DNA of 32,000 bases from Pseudomonas aeruginosa. Its GTDB lineage: Bacteria > Pseudomonadota > Gammaproteobacteria > Pseudomonadales > Pseudomonadaceae. The position numbers were made by a program, and so were the translations under genes. Below, one piece after another: positions 18,246 to 27,585 of this stretch. The stretch covers positions 2,190,001 to 2,222,000 of the forward strand of contig NZ_LN831024.1 in NCBI RefSeq assembly GCF_001457615.1, read 5' to 3'. Each line of letters starts with the position of its first letter. Position 1 is the first letter of the stretch. Below the pieces are notes generated by a model. It was not told the DNA's origin. It saw nothing but the letters and a program-made list of their open reading frames with translations, and did not search any database.

Positions 18246-19172
18246 TCAGGCCGCCGCGCTGCGGCGCAGCCATTCCAGCAGCAGCGTGGCAGGCTCTCCG
18301 GCCTGCAACGGTCGCGGGGTCAGCAGGTGATAGCTGCTGCCGTCGGCGAGGAATCCCAGTGGCGCCGCCAGCAGGCCGGCGGCCAGATCGTCGCGCACCA
18401 GTTGCCAGGGACCGATGGCCACGCCGAGTCCGGCGCCGGCCGCCTGCAGGCTCAGGTAGAAGTGCTCGAAGCGCTGCCCTTCGGTCGTCGCCGGCGCCTG
18501 TCCGGCGAGACGGGTCCAGGTGTTCCAGGCTTGCGGGCGGGTCGCCGTGTGCAGGCGCGGTGCGACGGCGCGAAGCCCGGGCGGGCCTGCATCGAGGTGG
18601 AAATGCCGTTCGACGTCGCTCGCCCGGCAGACCGGGCCGACCTGCTCGTCGAACAGCCAGTGGGCATGGCTGCCGGGCGGCCAGGGGAAGTCGTTGCGGC
18701 GGATCGCCAGGTCGATGCCGCGGCCGAAGGCGAACGGCCCGCCGCCGGCGACCAGCTGGATCGACAGTCGTGGCTGTTCCTGCATGAATCCGGCGATCCG
18801 CGGGATCAGCCAGCGCATCAGCAAGGTCGGTTCGCAGGACAGCACCAGCGCGGTGGGGCCGGCCTCCGCGCGCAGGGCCTCGCCGGTGCGCTCGATCAGG
18901 TCGAGGGCCGGGCCGGTGCCGGCGAGCAGGCGCCTGCCGGCCTCGCTGAGGAAAACCCGCTGGCCGCGGCGTTCGAAGAGCGCACAACCGAGTTCCTCCT
19001 CCAGGGTCCGCACGGCGCGGCTGATGGCACCGTGGGTCAGGCACAGGGCCTCGGCGGCACGGGAAAAGTTCTCCAGGCGGGCGGCGGCCTCGAAGCAGCG
19101 CAGGGCGTTCAGCGAGGGCAGGCGACGGCGCCTGAATGGTGAGTTTTCCTCACCATGATTGTCAGTATTCAT
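18246..19172 (-). CDS. LysR-family regulator (GcvA-like)
   Basis: RRLPSLNALRCFEAAARLENFSRAAEALCLTHGAISRAVRTLEEELGCALFERRGQRVFLSEAGRRL; start MNTDNHG at 19172. Confidence 0.93.
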   Translation of the reverse strand: MNTDNHGEENSPFRRRRLPSLNALRCFEAAARLENFSRAAEALCLTHGAISRAVRTLEEELGCALFERRGQRVFLSEAGRRLLAGTGPALDLIERTGEALRAEAGPTALVLSCEPTLLMRWLIPRIAGFMQEQPRLSIQLVAGGGPFAFGRGIDLAIRRNDFPWPPGSHAHWLFDEQVGPVCRASDVERHFHLDAGPPGLRAVAPRLHTATRPQAWNTWTRLAGQAPATTEGQRFEHFYLSLQAAGAGLGVAIGPWQLVRDDLAAGLLAAPLGFLADGSSYHLLTPRPLQAGEPATLLLEWLRRSAAA

Positions 19173-19237
19173 CGTTCTCGCTCGGCGCTGGAGACCGGTA
19201 GATTGTGCCATACATTCTACCTTGGAGCCTTCCAGGC

Positions 19238-19852
19238 ATGACAGAGTTGATAGCTTTCCTGACCATCACCGTGCTCGCGGTGATCAGCCCCGGCGCCGAT
19301 TTCGCCATGGTCTCGCGCAACAGCCTGCTGTATTCCCGCCGCGCCGGCCTGCTCACCGCGCTGGGCATCGGCGCGGGGGTGACGGTACATGTCGGCTACA
19401 GCATCCTCGGCGTCGGCGTGCTGGTGCGCGAGTCGCTGGCGCTGTTCACCGCGCTGAAGATGGCGGGCGCCGCCTACCTGGTGTTCCTCGGCCTGCGCAT
19501 GCTGCTGGCGCGAGAGGACACGGTGGCGGAGGAGGCGGCGGGCGGCGCCGGGGTTTCGTCCTGGGCGATGTTGCGCAGCGGCTTCCTGACCAATGCGCTC
19601 AATCCGAAGACCTGCCTGTTCGTGGTCAGCCTGTTCATGCAGGTGATCGATCCGCATACCGCGTTGCCGGCGCAACTGGGCTACGGGGCCTTCATCGCGC
19701 TCGCCCACGTGGCCTGGTTCGGCCTGGTCGCCTGCTTTCTCTCGAGCCCGGCGGTGCGCGGCCGACTCCTGCGTTTCCGCCGGCGCATCGACCAGTTCTT
19801 TGGCGCCCTGCTGGTCGGTTTCGGCGTCCTGCTGGGGGCGAAAAGCCCATGA
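19238..19852 (+). CDS. LysE/RhtB-family amino acid exporter
   Basis: MTELIAFLTITVLAVISPGADFAMVSRNSLLYSRRAGLLTALGIGAGVTVHVGYSILG; NALNPKTCLFVVSLFMQVI; divergent from a LysR gene. Confidence 0.94.
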   Translation: MTELIAFLTITVLAVISPGADFAMVSRNSLLYSRRAGLLTALGIGAGVTVHVGYSILGVGVLVRESLALFTALKMAGAAYLVFLGLRMLLAREDTVAEEAAGGAGVSSWAMLRSGFLTNALNPKTCLFVVSLFMQVIDPHTALPAQLGYGAFIALAHVAWFGLVACFLSSPAVRGRLLRFRRRIDQFFGALLVGFGVLLGAKSP

Positions 19853-19974
19853 GCATGGACCACTGATGGCCGCTTGCCGCCTTTGAAGCGAGGCCGGCGG
19901 CTCCCTAGAATGCGCCGTTCATGCCGTCGCCAGTTGAGGGACGGTCCCAGGATCGCGGGACGCATGGGAGTTGC

Positions 19975-21483
19975 ATGAAGAAGGGAGCGACGCTTTTCGC
20001 CGTCCTCTGGGCGGTACTCGGCCTGGGCCTGCTGGTCGGTTTGCCGGTGGCCATTCATTTCATTCTCGGCCAGTACGACGAGGCCGGCTTCAGCGGGCCG
20101 CAACTGGTCTTCGAGGAACAGGGCCATTCCTACCTGGCGTTCACCCTCGACGACTATCGCGCCAACGAAGTGGACAACGGCGTGGTACACGGCAGCAGCC
20201 GCAGCTATGCCCAGGTGGTCGACCTGGAGGACGGCAGCCTGCGCTGGAGCATGCGCCTGGATGCCGACAACGAGCGCGGCGACGACTGGGGTTCCGGCGA
20301 ACTGCTGGGCCAGTCGTCGCGCTACCTGTTCTTCCTGCGCAACGAACTCTACGTACTCGACCGGCGCGACGCCGCCCCTGCGCTGGCGTTCGACGAGCTG
20401 GAGCGGCGCACTGGCGGCCTGCCGTTGAAGTCGGCGCCCTGGGGGAAGGACGCCTATCGCTACGACGAAGGCCGGGGCGGATTGCTGATGCTCGCGCTGG
20501 ACGGCCGCGTCTGGTTCCTCGACGGCGACAGCCTGGCCCTGCGCGAAGCTCCGGAAGTCGATGCCGCGCGGTATTTCCACGGCGACCCGCCGCCGCCGGC
20601 GAATGCCGGGATCGACTGGCAGGCGCCGGGCCTGACGCGCCTGCCCGACGGACGCCTGCTGATCCTCGCCAGCGATCACGAGGCCCGAGCGCTGGAGCGT
20701 GGCGAGGCGCTGCCGGCAGCGAACCAACGGGCGCGACGCCAGCGCCTGTCACTGGGCACCCTGGATTGGCGGTCGCCGGCGGAGAATCGACTGCGTCCGC
20801 TGCTCGACGCGGCCTTCCTGCAGGCTGGCCTGCTGCCCGATCCAGCCGCTGCCGAAGAGCCGCAGCGGCTGCTCGAGCGACCGTCCGAGCGGCAGCGCCA
20901 GCATCCGTCGCTGCCGCCCGAGCCGCAGCCGCCGGAAGAGTTCGACGAGCGCGTGGAGCGTTTTCCCAGTACCCGTGCGTTCCTTGCGGCGCGTGACGCC
21001 TACCGCCAGGAACGGCGACGCTGGATTGCCGCGCACGATGCCTGGCGGGAACGGGTCGCCGACCTGGAGGCGGCGGCGGATGCCGAGTACCGTCGCCGGC
21101 GCGACGAGCAGACGCGCGAGGAGGCGTTGTACCGTCGCTATGCCTCGGCGCTGCCGGGCGGCGATTCCAGGTTGGCGCGCCGTCCCTGGCGAGTCGACGG
21201 CAACTGGCTGGTGCTGCACCGGCGCAGCCTGGCCGAGCGTAGCGAGCTGCTGCTCAGCTCGGTGTCTGGCGACGGCAGCTTGCTCTGGACCCTGGAGCTG
21301 CCCATCGAGCGTCCCGAGCGGCTGTTCCGCCTGGATGCCCACAACCTGCTTCTCAGCGGCCGTGGAGAGGAAGGCGGGCGGTTGGTGCGGGTCGATCTGC
21401 GCCGGGGCAGCGGCATCGTCCATCGCCTCGGGCGCGGCGGCGCGCCATTGCAGCGGGTCGAGTGGCCCGAAGGCCAACCGTGA
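19975..21483 (+). CDS. Uncharacterised membrane-anchored protein with possible PQQ/beta-propeller-like repeats and a charged helical insert
   Basis: N-terminal TM (GATLFAVLWAVLGLGLLVGLPVAIHFILG); strands VVDLEDGSLRWSMRLD and SVSGDGSLLWTLELP; insert rich in E/R/Q around aa 290-400. Confidence 0.85.
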   Translation: MKKGATLFAVLWAVLGLGLLVGLPVAIHFILGQYDEAGFSGPQLVFEEQGHSYLAFTLDDYRANEVDNGVVHGSSRSYAQVVDLEDGSLRWSMRLDADNERGDDWGSGELLGQSSRYLFFLRNELYVLDRRDAAPALAFDELERRTGGLPLKSAPWGKDAYRYDEGRGGLLMLALDGRVWFLDGDSLALREAPEVDAARYFHGDPPPPANAGIDWQAPGLTRLPDGRLLILASDHEARALERGEALPAANQRARRQRLSLGTLDWRSPAENRLRPLLDAAFLQAGLLPDPAAAEEPQRLLERPSERQRQHPSLPPEPQPPEEFDERVERFPSTRAFLAARDAYRQERRRWIAAHDAWRERVADLEAAADAEYRRRRDEQTREEALYRRYASALPGGDSRLARRPWRVDGNWLVLHRRSLAERSELLLSSVSGDGSLLWTLELPIERPERLFRLDAHNLLLSGRGEEGGRLVRVDLRRGSGIVHRLGRGGAPLQRVEWPEGQP

Positions 21484-21538
21484 TCGCCTGCGCCCAGCCT
21501 GGGTGTCTGCCCAGCGGGGCGGGGGGCCGGGCGCCGAT

Positions 21539-22870
21539 TCAGGGGTTCCTGAAGACGAATACGCCGCTGTCCACCAGGCGCGTCAGGCGGATGCGCAGCA
21601 GCAGGGTGCGGTGGGCTGCGAGGAAGCGCGGCACCTGCGCCAGCGGAATTGCCAGGCCTTCGCTGTCGCCGGGGCCCACCGCGGTATAGCCGACCGGCTG
21701 GCGCGGCGGATCGAACGGCGGCTGGGCCGACACGCTGAGCGACAGGGTGTCCACGGCGAAGCCGGCGAGCAGGTCGTCGAGGGACTCGATCGACAGGTAC
21801 AGCGAGCGGTAGGCGGGGTTGTCCTCGTAGGGATGGACGTCTGCGATGACCTGCTCGTAGAAGCGCTGTTCGAAACGCCGGTCGCTGTTCAGCTTGCGGA
21901 AGAACTGGATGAAGTAGTCGCGCACCTCCTGGTCGAGGTCGTCGCAGACGTGGCTGACCAGGTTCAGGTAGCGCGGCGAGCGGCGCTCGATGCCGGGGTC
22001 GAGCTGATCGATGCGGCGCTGCCAGGGGAAGCTTGCGCCGCTGCTCCGGTAATCGGCGTCCTCGACCTCCAGCGCGGCGCGGATCAGCTCCAGGGTATGC
22101 GGGTTCTTCGGTCCGCGGTCCTTCAGCGCCACGCTGGCGTGGTTCTCGCCGTCGACGATGGCGAAGGCGATCTCGCCGCGCGATTCTTCCAGGCGCCAGC
22201 CGGGCCTGGCGCGCTGGCGGACATCCAGTTCGAGGCTCAGGCGGCAGGCGTTGAGGTTCGCCGTGGCGATCCGCACCGTGCCGTCGCCGCCGGCTTCGTT
22301 GGCGATGGCTTCGACGCCGCTGTAGCCGACATTGCCCACCAGTACAGTGGCGAGCAGGCGGCCGGCGCCGTACCAGGCCTCGGCGCCGAACAGGTCGCGC
22401 TCGGCGAGTTGCCAGGAGTACGGCGAGCCCAGCTCCAGTCCCTTCAGCACCTGGGTGCCGGTCTGCCCGACGAAGCGGTTCCAGCCTTTCAGCACGCGAC
22501 CGATGAAGGAGCGTCCCTTGTGCGCCAGCGGCGAGCCGAAGTTGGCCGGGGCGAGCATCAGGAAGCGCTTGACCGGCGCGCTGGCGGGGTCGAAGTGGCG
22601 GGTCAGCCAGTCGCGCAGCACCAGGGCGCCGGTGCTGTGCACCACCACGTCAACCGTGCGCGGTGCCCGCGACAGTCCCTGGGCGGTCCAGGCGCGATCC
22701 AGGGCGGCGGCGAGGTCGGCGTAGGTGACGTCGTCCTGCAGGGAGATCCAGTCGGCGAGGCAAATCTGCGTCGGCGCGCTGCCGAACCAGGCTTCCATCT
22801 GCTCGGCGAGGCGGCGGAACGACTTCGAATCGTCGCTCCAGCCGTGGACGATGACGATCGAACGGGGCAT
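21539..22870 (-). CDS. Alpha/beta hydrolase (lipase/PGAP1-like)
   Basis: MPRSIVIVHGWSDDSKSFRRLAEQM; VDVVVHSTGALVLRDWL nucleophile elbow; FLMLAPANFGSPLAHKG. Start at 22870 or 22879. Confidence 0.85.
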   Translation of the reverse strand: MPRSIVIVHGWSDDSKSFRRLAEQMEAWFGSAPTQICLADWISLQDDVTYADLAAALDRAWTAQGLSRAPRTVDVVVHSTGALVLRDWLTRHFDPASAPVKRFLMLAPANFGSPLAHKGRSFIGRVLKGWNRFVGQTGTQVLKGLELGSPYSWQLAERDLFGAEAWYGAGRLLATVLVGNVGYSGVEAIANEAGGDGTVRIATANLNACRLSLELDVRQRARPGWRLEESRGEIAFAIVDGENHASVALKDRGPKNPHTLELIRAALEVEDADYRSSGASFPWQRRIDQLDPGIERRSPRYLNLVSHVCDDLDQEVRDYFIQFFRKLNSDRRFEQRFYEQVIADVHPYEDNPAYRSLYLSIESLDDLLAGFAVDTLSLSVSAQPPFDPPRQPVGYTAVGPGDSEGLAIPLAQVPRFLAAHRTLLLRIRLTRLVDSGVFVFRNP

Positions 22871-22951
22871 GTCCGGCATCCTCTGGGGCTGATCCGGGCG
22901 ACTATAGATCATGCGCCGCGGCGACGTGCCCTGACCTGTGAAAACGTCTAG

Positions 22952-23182
22952 GATGCGGCGGTCGCCCCCGACTGCCGCCGGCGCGGCATCGCCAGCGCGT
23001 TGCTGCGGCAGGCGCGGGACGACTGTCGCGGCGACCGCCTGTTCACTTCCTGCAACCGCTCCAACCTGCCGATGCGGCGCCTGCTGGAGCGCAAGGGATT
23101 CCAGCCGAGCGGGGTGATCGACAACCTCGACGAAGGTGATCCGGAGCTGGTCTTCGTGCGTTTCCTCGCGCCGTCGCGCTGA
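22952..23182 (+). pseudogene. Remnant of a GNAT N-acetyltransferase (C-terminal half only)
   Basis: In-frame after TAG at 22949-22951: DAAVAPDCRRRGIASALLRQARDDCRGDRLFTSCNRSNLPMRRLLERKGFQPSGVIDNLDEGDPELVFVRFLAPSR*; motif A (RRRGIASALL) and C-terminal GNAT signature present, N-terminal half and proper start codon absent. Confidence 0.65.
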
Positions 23183-23191
23183 GCCCCGGGC

Positions 23192-23959
23192 TCATTTCAG
23201 GTTGCCGGCGAGGAACTGGCGCAGGCGTTCGCTGCGCGGCGCGCCGAACACCTGGTCCGGCGTCCCTTGCTCTTCGATCACGCCCTGGTGGAGGAAGATC
23301 ACATGGCTGGAAACCTGGCGGGCGAAGGCCATCTCGTGGGTGACCAGGACCATGGTGCGACCTTCCTCGGCCAACTGCTGCATGACTTTCAGCACTTCGC
23401 CGACCAGTTCCGGATCGAGCGCCGAGGTCGGTTCGTCGAACAGCATCACCTGCGGCTCCATGGCCAGGGCGCGGGCGATCGCCACGCGCTGTTGCTGGCC
23501 GCCGGAGAGTTCGCAGGGATACTGCCGTTCGACCTTCTCCGCCAGGCCGACCTTGGCCAGGTAGTGGCGCGCGCGGGCCACGGCGTCGTCGCGGTTCATT
23601 CTCAGGACGTTGACCGGGCACTCGACCACGTTCTCCAGCACCGTCAGGTGGCTCCACAGGTTGAAATGCTGGAAGACCATCGCCAGCCGGCTGCGGATCC
23701 TCTGCAACTGCCGGGGATCGGCGGCGCGCAGCTCGCCCAGGGCGCCGGGACGGGTGCGCAGTTCCTCGTCGCCGACGCGGATGCGCCCGGCACAGGGCTT
23801 TTCCAGGAAGTTGACGCAGCGCAGGAAGGTGCTCTTGCCCGAGCCGGAGGAGCCGATGATGCTGATCACGTCTCCCTTGCCGGCCCTGAGCGAAACGCCC
23901 CTGAGCACCTCATGGCTGCCGTAGCGCTTGTGGATGTCTTCGACCTGCAGGCTGTACAT
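23192..23959 (-). CDS. hisP: ABC transporter ATP-binding protein, polar amino acid type (HisP/GlnQ-like)
   Basis: [74 protein letters not shown]. Confidence 0.94.
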   Translation of the reverse strand: MYSLQVEDIHKRYGSHEVLRGVSLRAGKGDVISIIGSSGSGKSTFLRCVNFLEKPCAGRIRVGDEELRTRPGALGELRAADPRQLQRIRSRLAMVFQHFNLWSHLTVLENVVECPVNVLRMNRDDAVARARHYLAKVGLAEKVERQYPCELSGGQQQRVAIARALAMEPQVMLFDEPTSALDPELVGEVLKVMQQLAEEGRTMVLVTHEMAFARQVSSHVIFLHQGVIEEQGTPDQVFGAPRSERLRQFLAGNLK

Positions 23960-23979
23960 GCGCGTGTCTCCGGGAGAGG

Positions 23980-24693
23980 TCAGTGGGTTTGCGGTCTGAG
24001 GTAGGCCAGCCAGCGCAGCTCGCCGCGGCGGAACAGCCAGATCAGCAGGAAGGCGGTGCCGGCGTAGAGCGCGCCGGCGATGCCGAAGGACAGGAACGGC
24101 GCATAGGTGGCGGAATTGACGTCGCGGGCCACCTTGAGCAGGTCCGGCACTGTGGCGGTGAACGCCACCGAGGTGGAGTGCAGCATCAGGATCACTTCGT
24201 TGCTGAAGTACGGCAGTGCCCGGCGCAGCGCCGAGGGCAGGACGATGTGCCGGTAGAGGGTGAAGCCGCCCATGCCGTAGGCGCGCGCCGCTTCCACTTC
24301 GCCGTGGGGCGTGTTCCTGATCGCGCCGGCGAAGATTTCCGTCATGTAGGCGCAGGTGTTGAGGACGAAGGCCAGCACCGTGCAGTTGAAGCCGTCGCGG
24401 AAGAACGCGTTGAGAAAGTCCTGGGCGCGTATGGCATTCAGGCTGTAGACGCCGGTGTAGAAGAACAGCAACTGGATGTACAGCGGGGTGCCGCGGAACA
24501 CGTAGGTGTAGAGCCAGACCGGGTAGCGCAGCAGCGGGTTGCCGCAGGTCCGCGCCACCGCCAGCGGGATGGCCAGCAGGAAGCCAAGCGCCACGGCGAG
24601 GATCAGCAGCCACAGGGTCATCGCCAGTCCGGTCAGTTGCAGGCCGTCGGTCCACAGGTAGGCCTGCCAGTATTCGTCGAGTACCGCGTTCAT
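23980..24693 (-). CDS. hisM: ABC transporter permease (HisM-like)
   Basis: [87 protein letters not shown]. Confidence 0.92.
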   Translation of the reverse strand: MNAVLDEYWQAYLWTDGLQLTGLAMTLWLLILAVALGFLLAIPLAVARTCGNPLLRYPVWLYTYVFRGTPLYIQLLFFYTGVYSLNAIRAQDFLNAFFRDGFNCTVLAFVLNTCAYMTEIFAGAIRNTPHGEVEAARAYGMGGFTLYRHIVLPSALRRALPYFSNEVILMLHSTSVAFTATVPDLLKVARDVNSATYAPFLSFGIAGALYAGTAFLLIWLFRRGELRWLAYLRPQTH

Positions 24694-25379
24694 GGCAGCG
24701 GCCTCCTGACGCCCAGCGAGCTGCGCCGCTCCAGCCACAGCAACGCGGCGTTGGAGATTGCGGTGATGGCCAGGTAGATCAGCCCGCAGACCAGGGTGAA
24801 GTGGAAGAACTGCAGGGTGCCCTTGCCGGCGTCCTGGGTGGCCTTGACCAGGTCGCCGAGACCGATGATCGAGACCAGCGCGGTGGACTTGACCAGCACC
24901 TGCCAGTTGTTGCCGATGCCCGGCAGGGCGTAGCGCAGCATCTGCGGCAGGAGTACCCGGCGGAACACTCGCCAGCGCCCCATGCCGTAGGCTTGCGCGG
25001 CTTCGACCTGGCCGGCCGGGACCGCCTGGAAGGCGCCGCGGAAGGTTTCCGTGAAGTAGGCGCCATAGATGAACGCCAGGGTGACGCAGCCGGCGGCGAA
25101 CGGGTCGATGTCGACCTGGCCGATGCCGAGGGCGTCGGTGACGCGGTTGAGGAGGATCTGCAGGCTGAAGAACAGCAACAGCATGATGACCAGGTCGGGG
25201 ACGCTGCGGATCAGCGTCGTATAGCCGCTGGCCAGGGCGCGCAGCGGGCGGTTGGCGGCGAGCTTGGCGCTGGCGCCGAGGAGGCCGATGAGCACGGCGC
25301 CGAGCAGGGAGCCCAGCGCCAGTTTCAGGGTCACCAGGGTGCCGGCGAGTATCTGCGGGCCGAAGCCGTCGAGGAACAT
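24690..25379 (-). CDS. hisQ: ABC transporter permease (HisQ-like), overlaps hisM start by 4 bp
   Basis: [74 protein letters not shown]; start MFLDGFGPQ with GGAG upstream (alternate ATG 25391). Confidence 0.92.
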   Translation of the reverse strand: MFLDGFGPQILAGTLVTLKLALGSLLGAVLIGLLGASAKLAANRPLRALASGYTTLIRSVPDLVIMLLLFFSLQILLNRVTDALGIGQVDIDPFAAGCVTLAFIYGAYFTETFRGAFQAVPAGQVEAAQAYGMGRWRVFRRVLLPQMLRYALPGIGNNWQVLVKSTALVSIIGLGDLVKATQDAGKGTLQFFHFTLVCGLIYLAITAISNAALLWLERRSSLGVRRPLP

Positions 25380-25434
25380 TTCACTCTCCATTGCTTGTTG
25401 TTGTCGGTCGAGGTGAAAAGCGGCCGGACGCCGT

Positions 25435-26220
25435 TCAGGGCGTGCCGTAGAGGTCGAAGTCGAAGTAGCGGGCATTGATTCGCGCGTAGGTTCCGTTGGC
25501 GCGGATCGTCGCCAGCGCCTTGTTCAGGTCCTCGCGCAGCGCCACGTCCTCCTTGCGCAGGCCGATGCCGTCGCCGACCCCGAAGTAGCGAGGGTCGTCC
25601 AGCACCGCTCCGGCCAGTTCGAAATCCTTGCCGACCGGCTTGTCGAGGAAGCCGTAGCTGGCCTGCACCGCGCCTTGCAGCGAGGCGTCGAGGCGGCCCA
25701 TGACGAGGTCGGCGTAGACCTGGTCCTGGTTCTGGTAGGAGACGACCCGCACCCCCTTGGCGGCCCATTCGGCCTTGGCGTAGGCCTCCTGGTTGGAGCC
25801 CTGGCCGACCCCCACGCGCTTGCCGCGCAGGCTCTCGGCGTCGGGCAGGAGCGCCGAGCCACGGCGTACCACCAGGCGGCTCGGCGCGTTGGAGACGCGG
25901 TCGGTGAAGGCGATGTGCTGTGCGCGTTTCGGCGTGATGGTCATCGACGACACGATGGCGTCGATCTTGCGCGACAGCAGCGCCGGGATGATGCCGTCCC
26001 AGTTGCTTTCGACCCATTCGCAGCGGGCTCGCAGCTCCGCGCAGAGGGCTTCGCCGATCTCGATGCCGAAGCCTGCCAGGCGGCCGTCCGGCTGCTTGTA
26101 TTCGAGCGGCGGGTAGGTCGGGTCGACGCCCAGGCGCAGGACCTTGCCGGTCCAGTCGGCGGCGCCGGCCGGTGCGGCGAGGAGGAGGGAGAGGGCGATG
26201 CTGCCGAGGGTTCTTGTCAT
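25435..26220 (-). CDS. hisJ: Periplasmic amino-acid-binding protein (HisJ/ArgT-like)
   Basis: Signal peptide MTRTLGSIALSLLLAAPAGAAD; LRLGVDPTYPPLEYKQPDGRLAGFGIEIGEALCAELRARCEWVESNWDGIIPALLSRKIDAIVSSMTITPKRAQHIAFTD. Confidence 0.93.
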   Translation of the reverse strand: MTRTLGSIALSLLLAAPAGAADWTGKVLRLGVDPTYPPLEYKQPDGRLAGFGIEIGEALCAELRARCEWVESNWDGIIPALLSRKIDAIVSSMTITPKRAQHIAFTDRVSNAPSRLVVRRGSALLPDAESLRGKRVGVGQGSNQEAYAKAEWAAKGVRVVSYQNQDQVYADLVMGRLDASLQGAVQASYGFLDKPVGKDFELAGAVLDDPRYFGVGDGIGLRKEDVALREDLNKALATIRANGTYARINARYFDFDLYGTP

Positions 26221-26279
26221 TGTGGTTGTCCTCTGTCGATCCGCGCGCGCCAGGCCGCGCGCCCGTTGAAAACCCTGGC

Positions 26280-27449
26280 TCAGGCCAGGAAGCGCTCGGC
26301 CAGTCGCACCCAGTAGCTGGCGCCGACGGCCAGGCAGTCGTCGTTGAAGTCGTAGCCGGGGTTGTGCAACTGGCAGCCGCTCTCGCCCTGGCCATTGCCG
26401 ATCACCAGGTAACTGCCGGGACAGCGTTCGAGGATGAAGGCGAAATCCTCGCTGGCGGTGAACGGCCGCAGTCCGTCGATCAGGCATTCCTCGCCCAGCC
26501 AGTCGCGGGCCACCTCGCGGGCGAACGCGGTCTGCCCGGGATGGTTGACCAGCACCGGATGGCAATGCCGGTAGTCGACCTCCGCCCGCGCGCCGAAGCT
26601 GGCGGCCTGGCCGCGGGCCAGTTCGCCGATGCGGCGCTCCAGCAGGGCACGGGTTTCCGCGGTCAGGGCCCGGACGCTGAGGATCATTTCGGCGCTGGCC
26701 GGGATCACGTTGGAGACCGTCCCGGCATGGATCGCGCCGACGCTGACGATCGCGGTGTCCTGCGGGTCGACGTTGCGCGAGACGATGCTCTGCAAGGCCA
26801 GCACGATGGCGGAGCAGACCACCACCGGGTCGACGGTGCGCTGCGGCACCGCGCCGTGGCCGCCACTGCCGATCACGCGGATGACCACGGTATCGGCCGA
26901 GGCCATGAAGGGGCCGGGATGGAAGCCGAGGTGGCCGACGGGGTATCCCGGGACGTTGTGCATGGCGAAGATGGCGTCGCAGGGGAAGCGCTCCAGCAGC
27001 CCGTCGTCGAGCATCGCGCGGGCACCGCCGAGGCCCTCTTCGGCAGGCTGGAAGATCAGTTGCAGGGTGCCGCGCCAGCGCGGCGACTCGACCAGGTGCC
27101 TGGCCGCGGCGAGGAGCATCGCGGTGTGGCCGTCGTGGCCGCAGGCGTGCATCACGCCGTCCACCTGGCTGGCGTAGGGCAGGCCGGTGGCTTCCTGGAT
27201 CGGTAGCGCGTCCATGTCGGCGCGCAGGCCCAGCGCTGGGCCCTCGCCGCGGCACAGGGTGCCGACCACGCCGGTGCGACCCACTCCACGGCTGACCTGG
27301 TAGCCCCAGGCCTCCAGGCATTCGGCGACCAGCGCGGCGGTTCGCCGTTCCTCGAAACCCAACTCCGGGTGGGCATGGATATGGCGGCGCAAGGTAACCA
27401 TCTCTTCCCGCAGCGCCGCGATGGCGGGCAGGACGGCAGGCTCGGTCAT
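26280..27449 (-). CDS. M20-family amidohydrolase/peptidase (hippurate-hydrolase-like)
   Basis: LRRHIHAHPELGFEE, LGLRADMDALPIQEATGLPYAS, GVMHACGHDGHTAMLLAAA, LQLIFQPAEEGLGGARAML. Confidence 0.93.
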   Translation of the reverse strand: MTEPAVLPAIAALREEMVTLRRHIHAHPELGFEERRTAALVAECLEAWGYQVSRGVGRTGVVGTLCRGEGPALGLRADMDALPIQEATGLPYASQVDGVMHACGHDGHTAMLLAAARHLVESPRWRGTLQLIFQPAEEGLGGARAMLDDGLLERFPCDAIFAMHNVPGYPVGHLGFHPGPFMASADTVVIRVIGSGGHGAVPQRTVDPVVVCSAIVLALQSIVSRNVDPQDTAIVSVGAIHAGTVSNVIPASAEMILSVRALTAETRALLERRIGELARGQAASFGARAEVDYRHCHPVLVNHPGQTAFAREVARDWLGEECLIDGLRPFTASEDFAFILERCPGSYLVIGNGQGESGCQLHNPGYDFNDDCLAVGASYWVRLAERFLA

Positions 27450-27553
27450 TCTTCTTGTTCTCCTCAAGGGCTCCGACCGGTGGGCGGCGGGGCGTTGTCG
27501 AAGCCGATGGTAGGCAAGCGGGGGACTGGCGGGGAGGCTCGCTTTGGCTATGA

Positions 27554-27572
27554 TGACAACCTTTCGTTGTCA
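27554..27572. promoter_or_regulatory. Perfect inverted repeat between M20 hydrolase and LysR genes
   Basis: TGACAAC-CTTTC-GTTGTCA in the divergent intergenic region. Confidence 0.5.
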
Positions 27573-27585
27573 CCTCGGTAAGCCC

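Noticed and set aside
20699-22951. 750-aa plus-strand ORF
   Set aside because: Shifted frame over the TM/beta-propeller-like gene and antisense to the alpha/beta hydrolase; no coherent domain.
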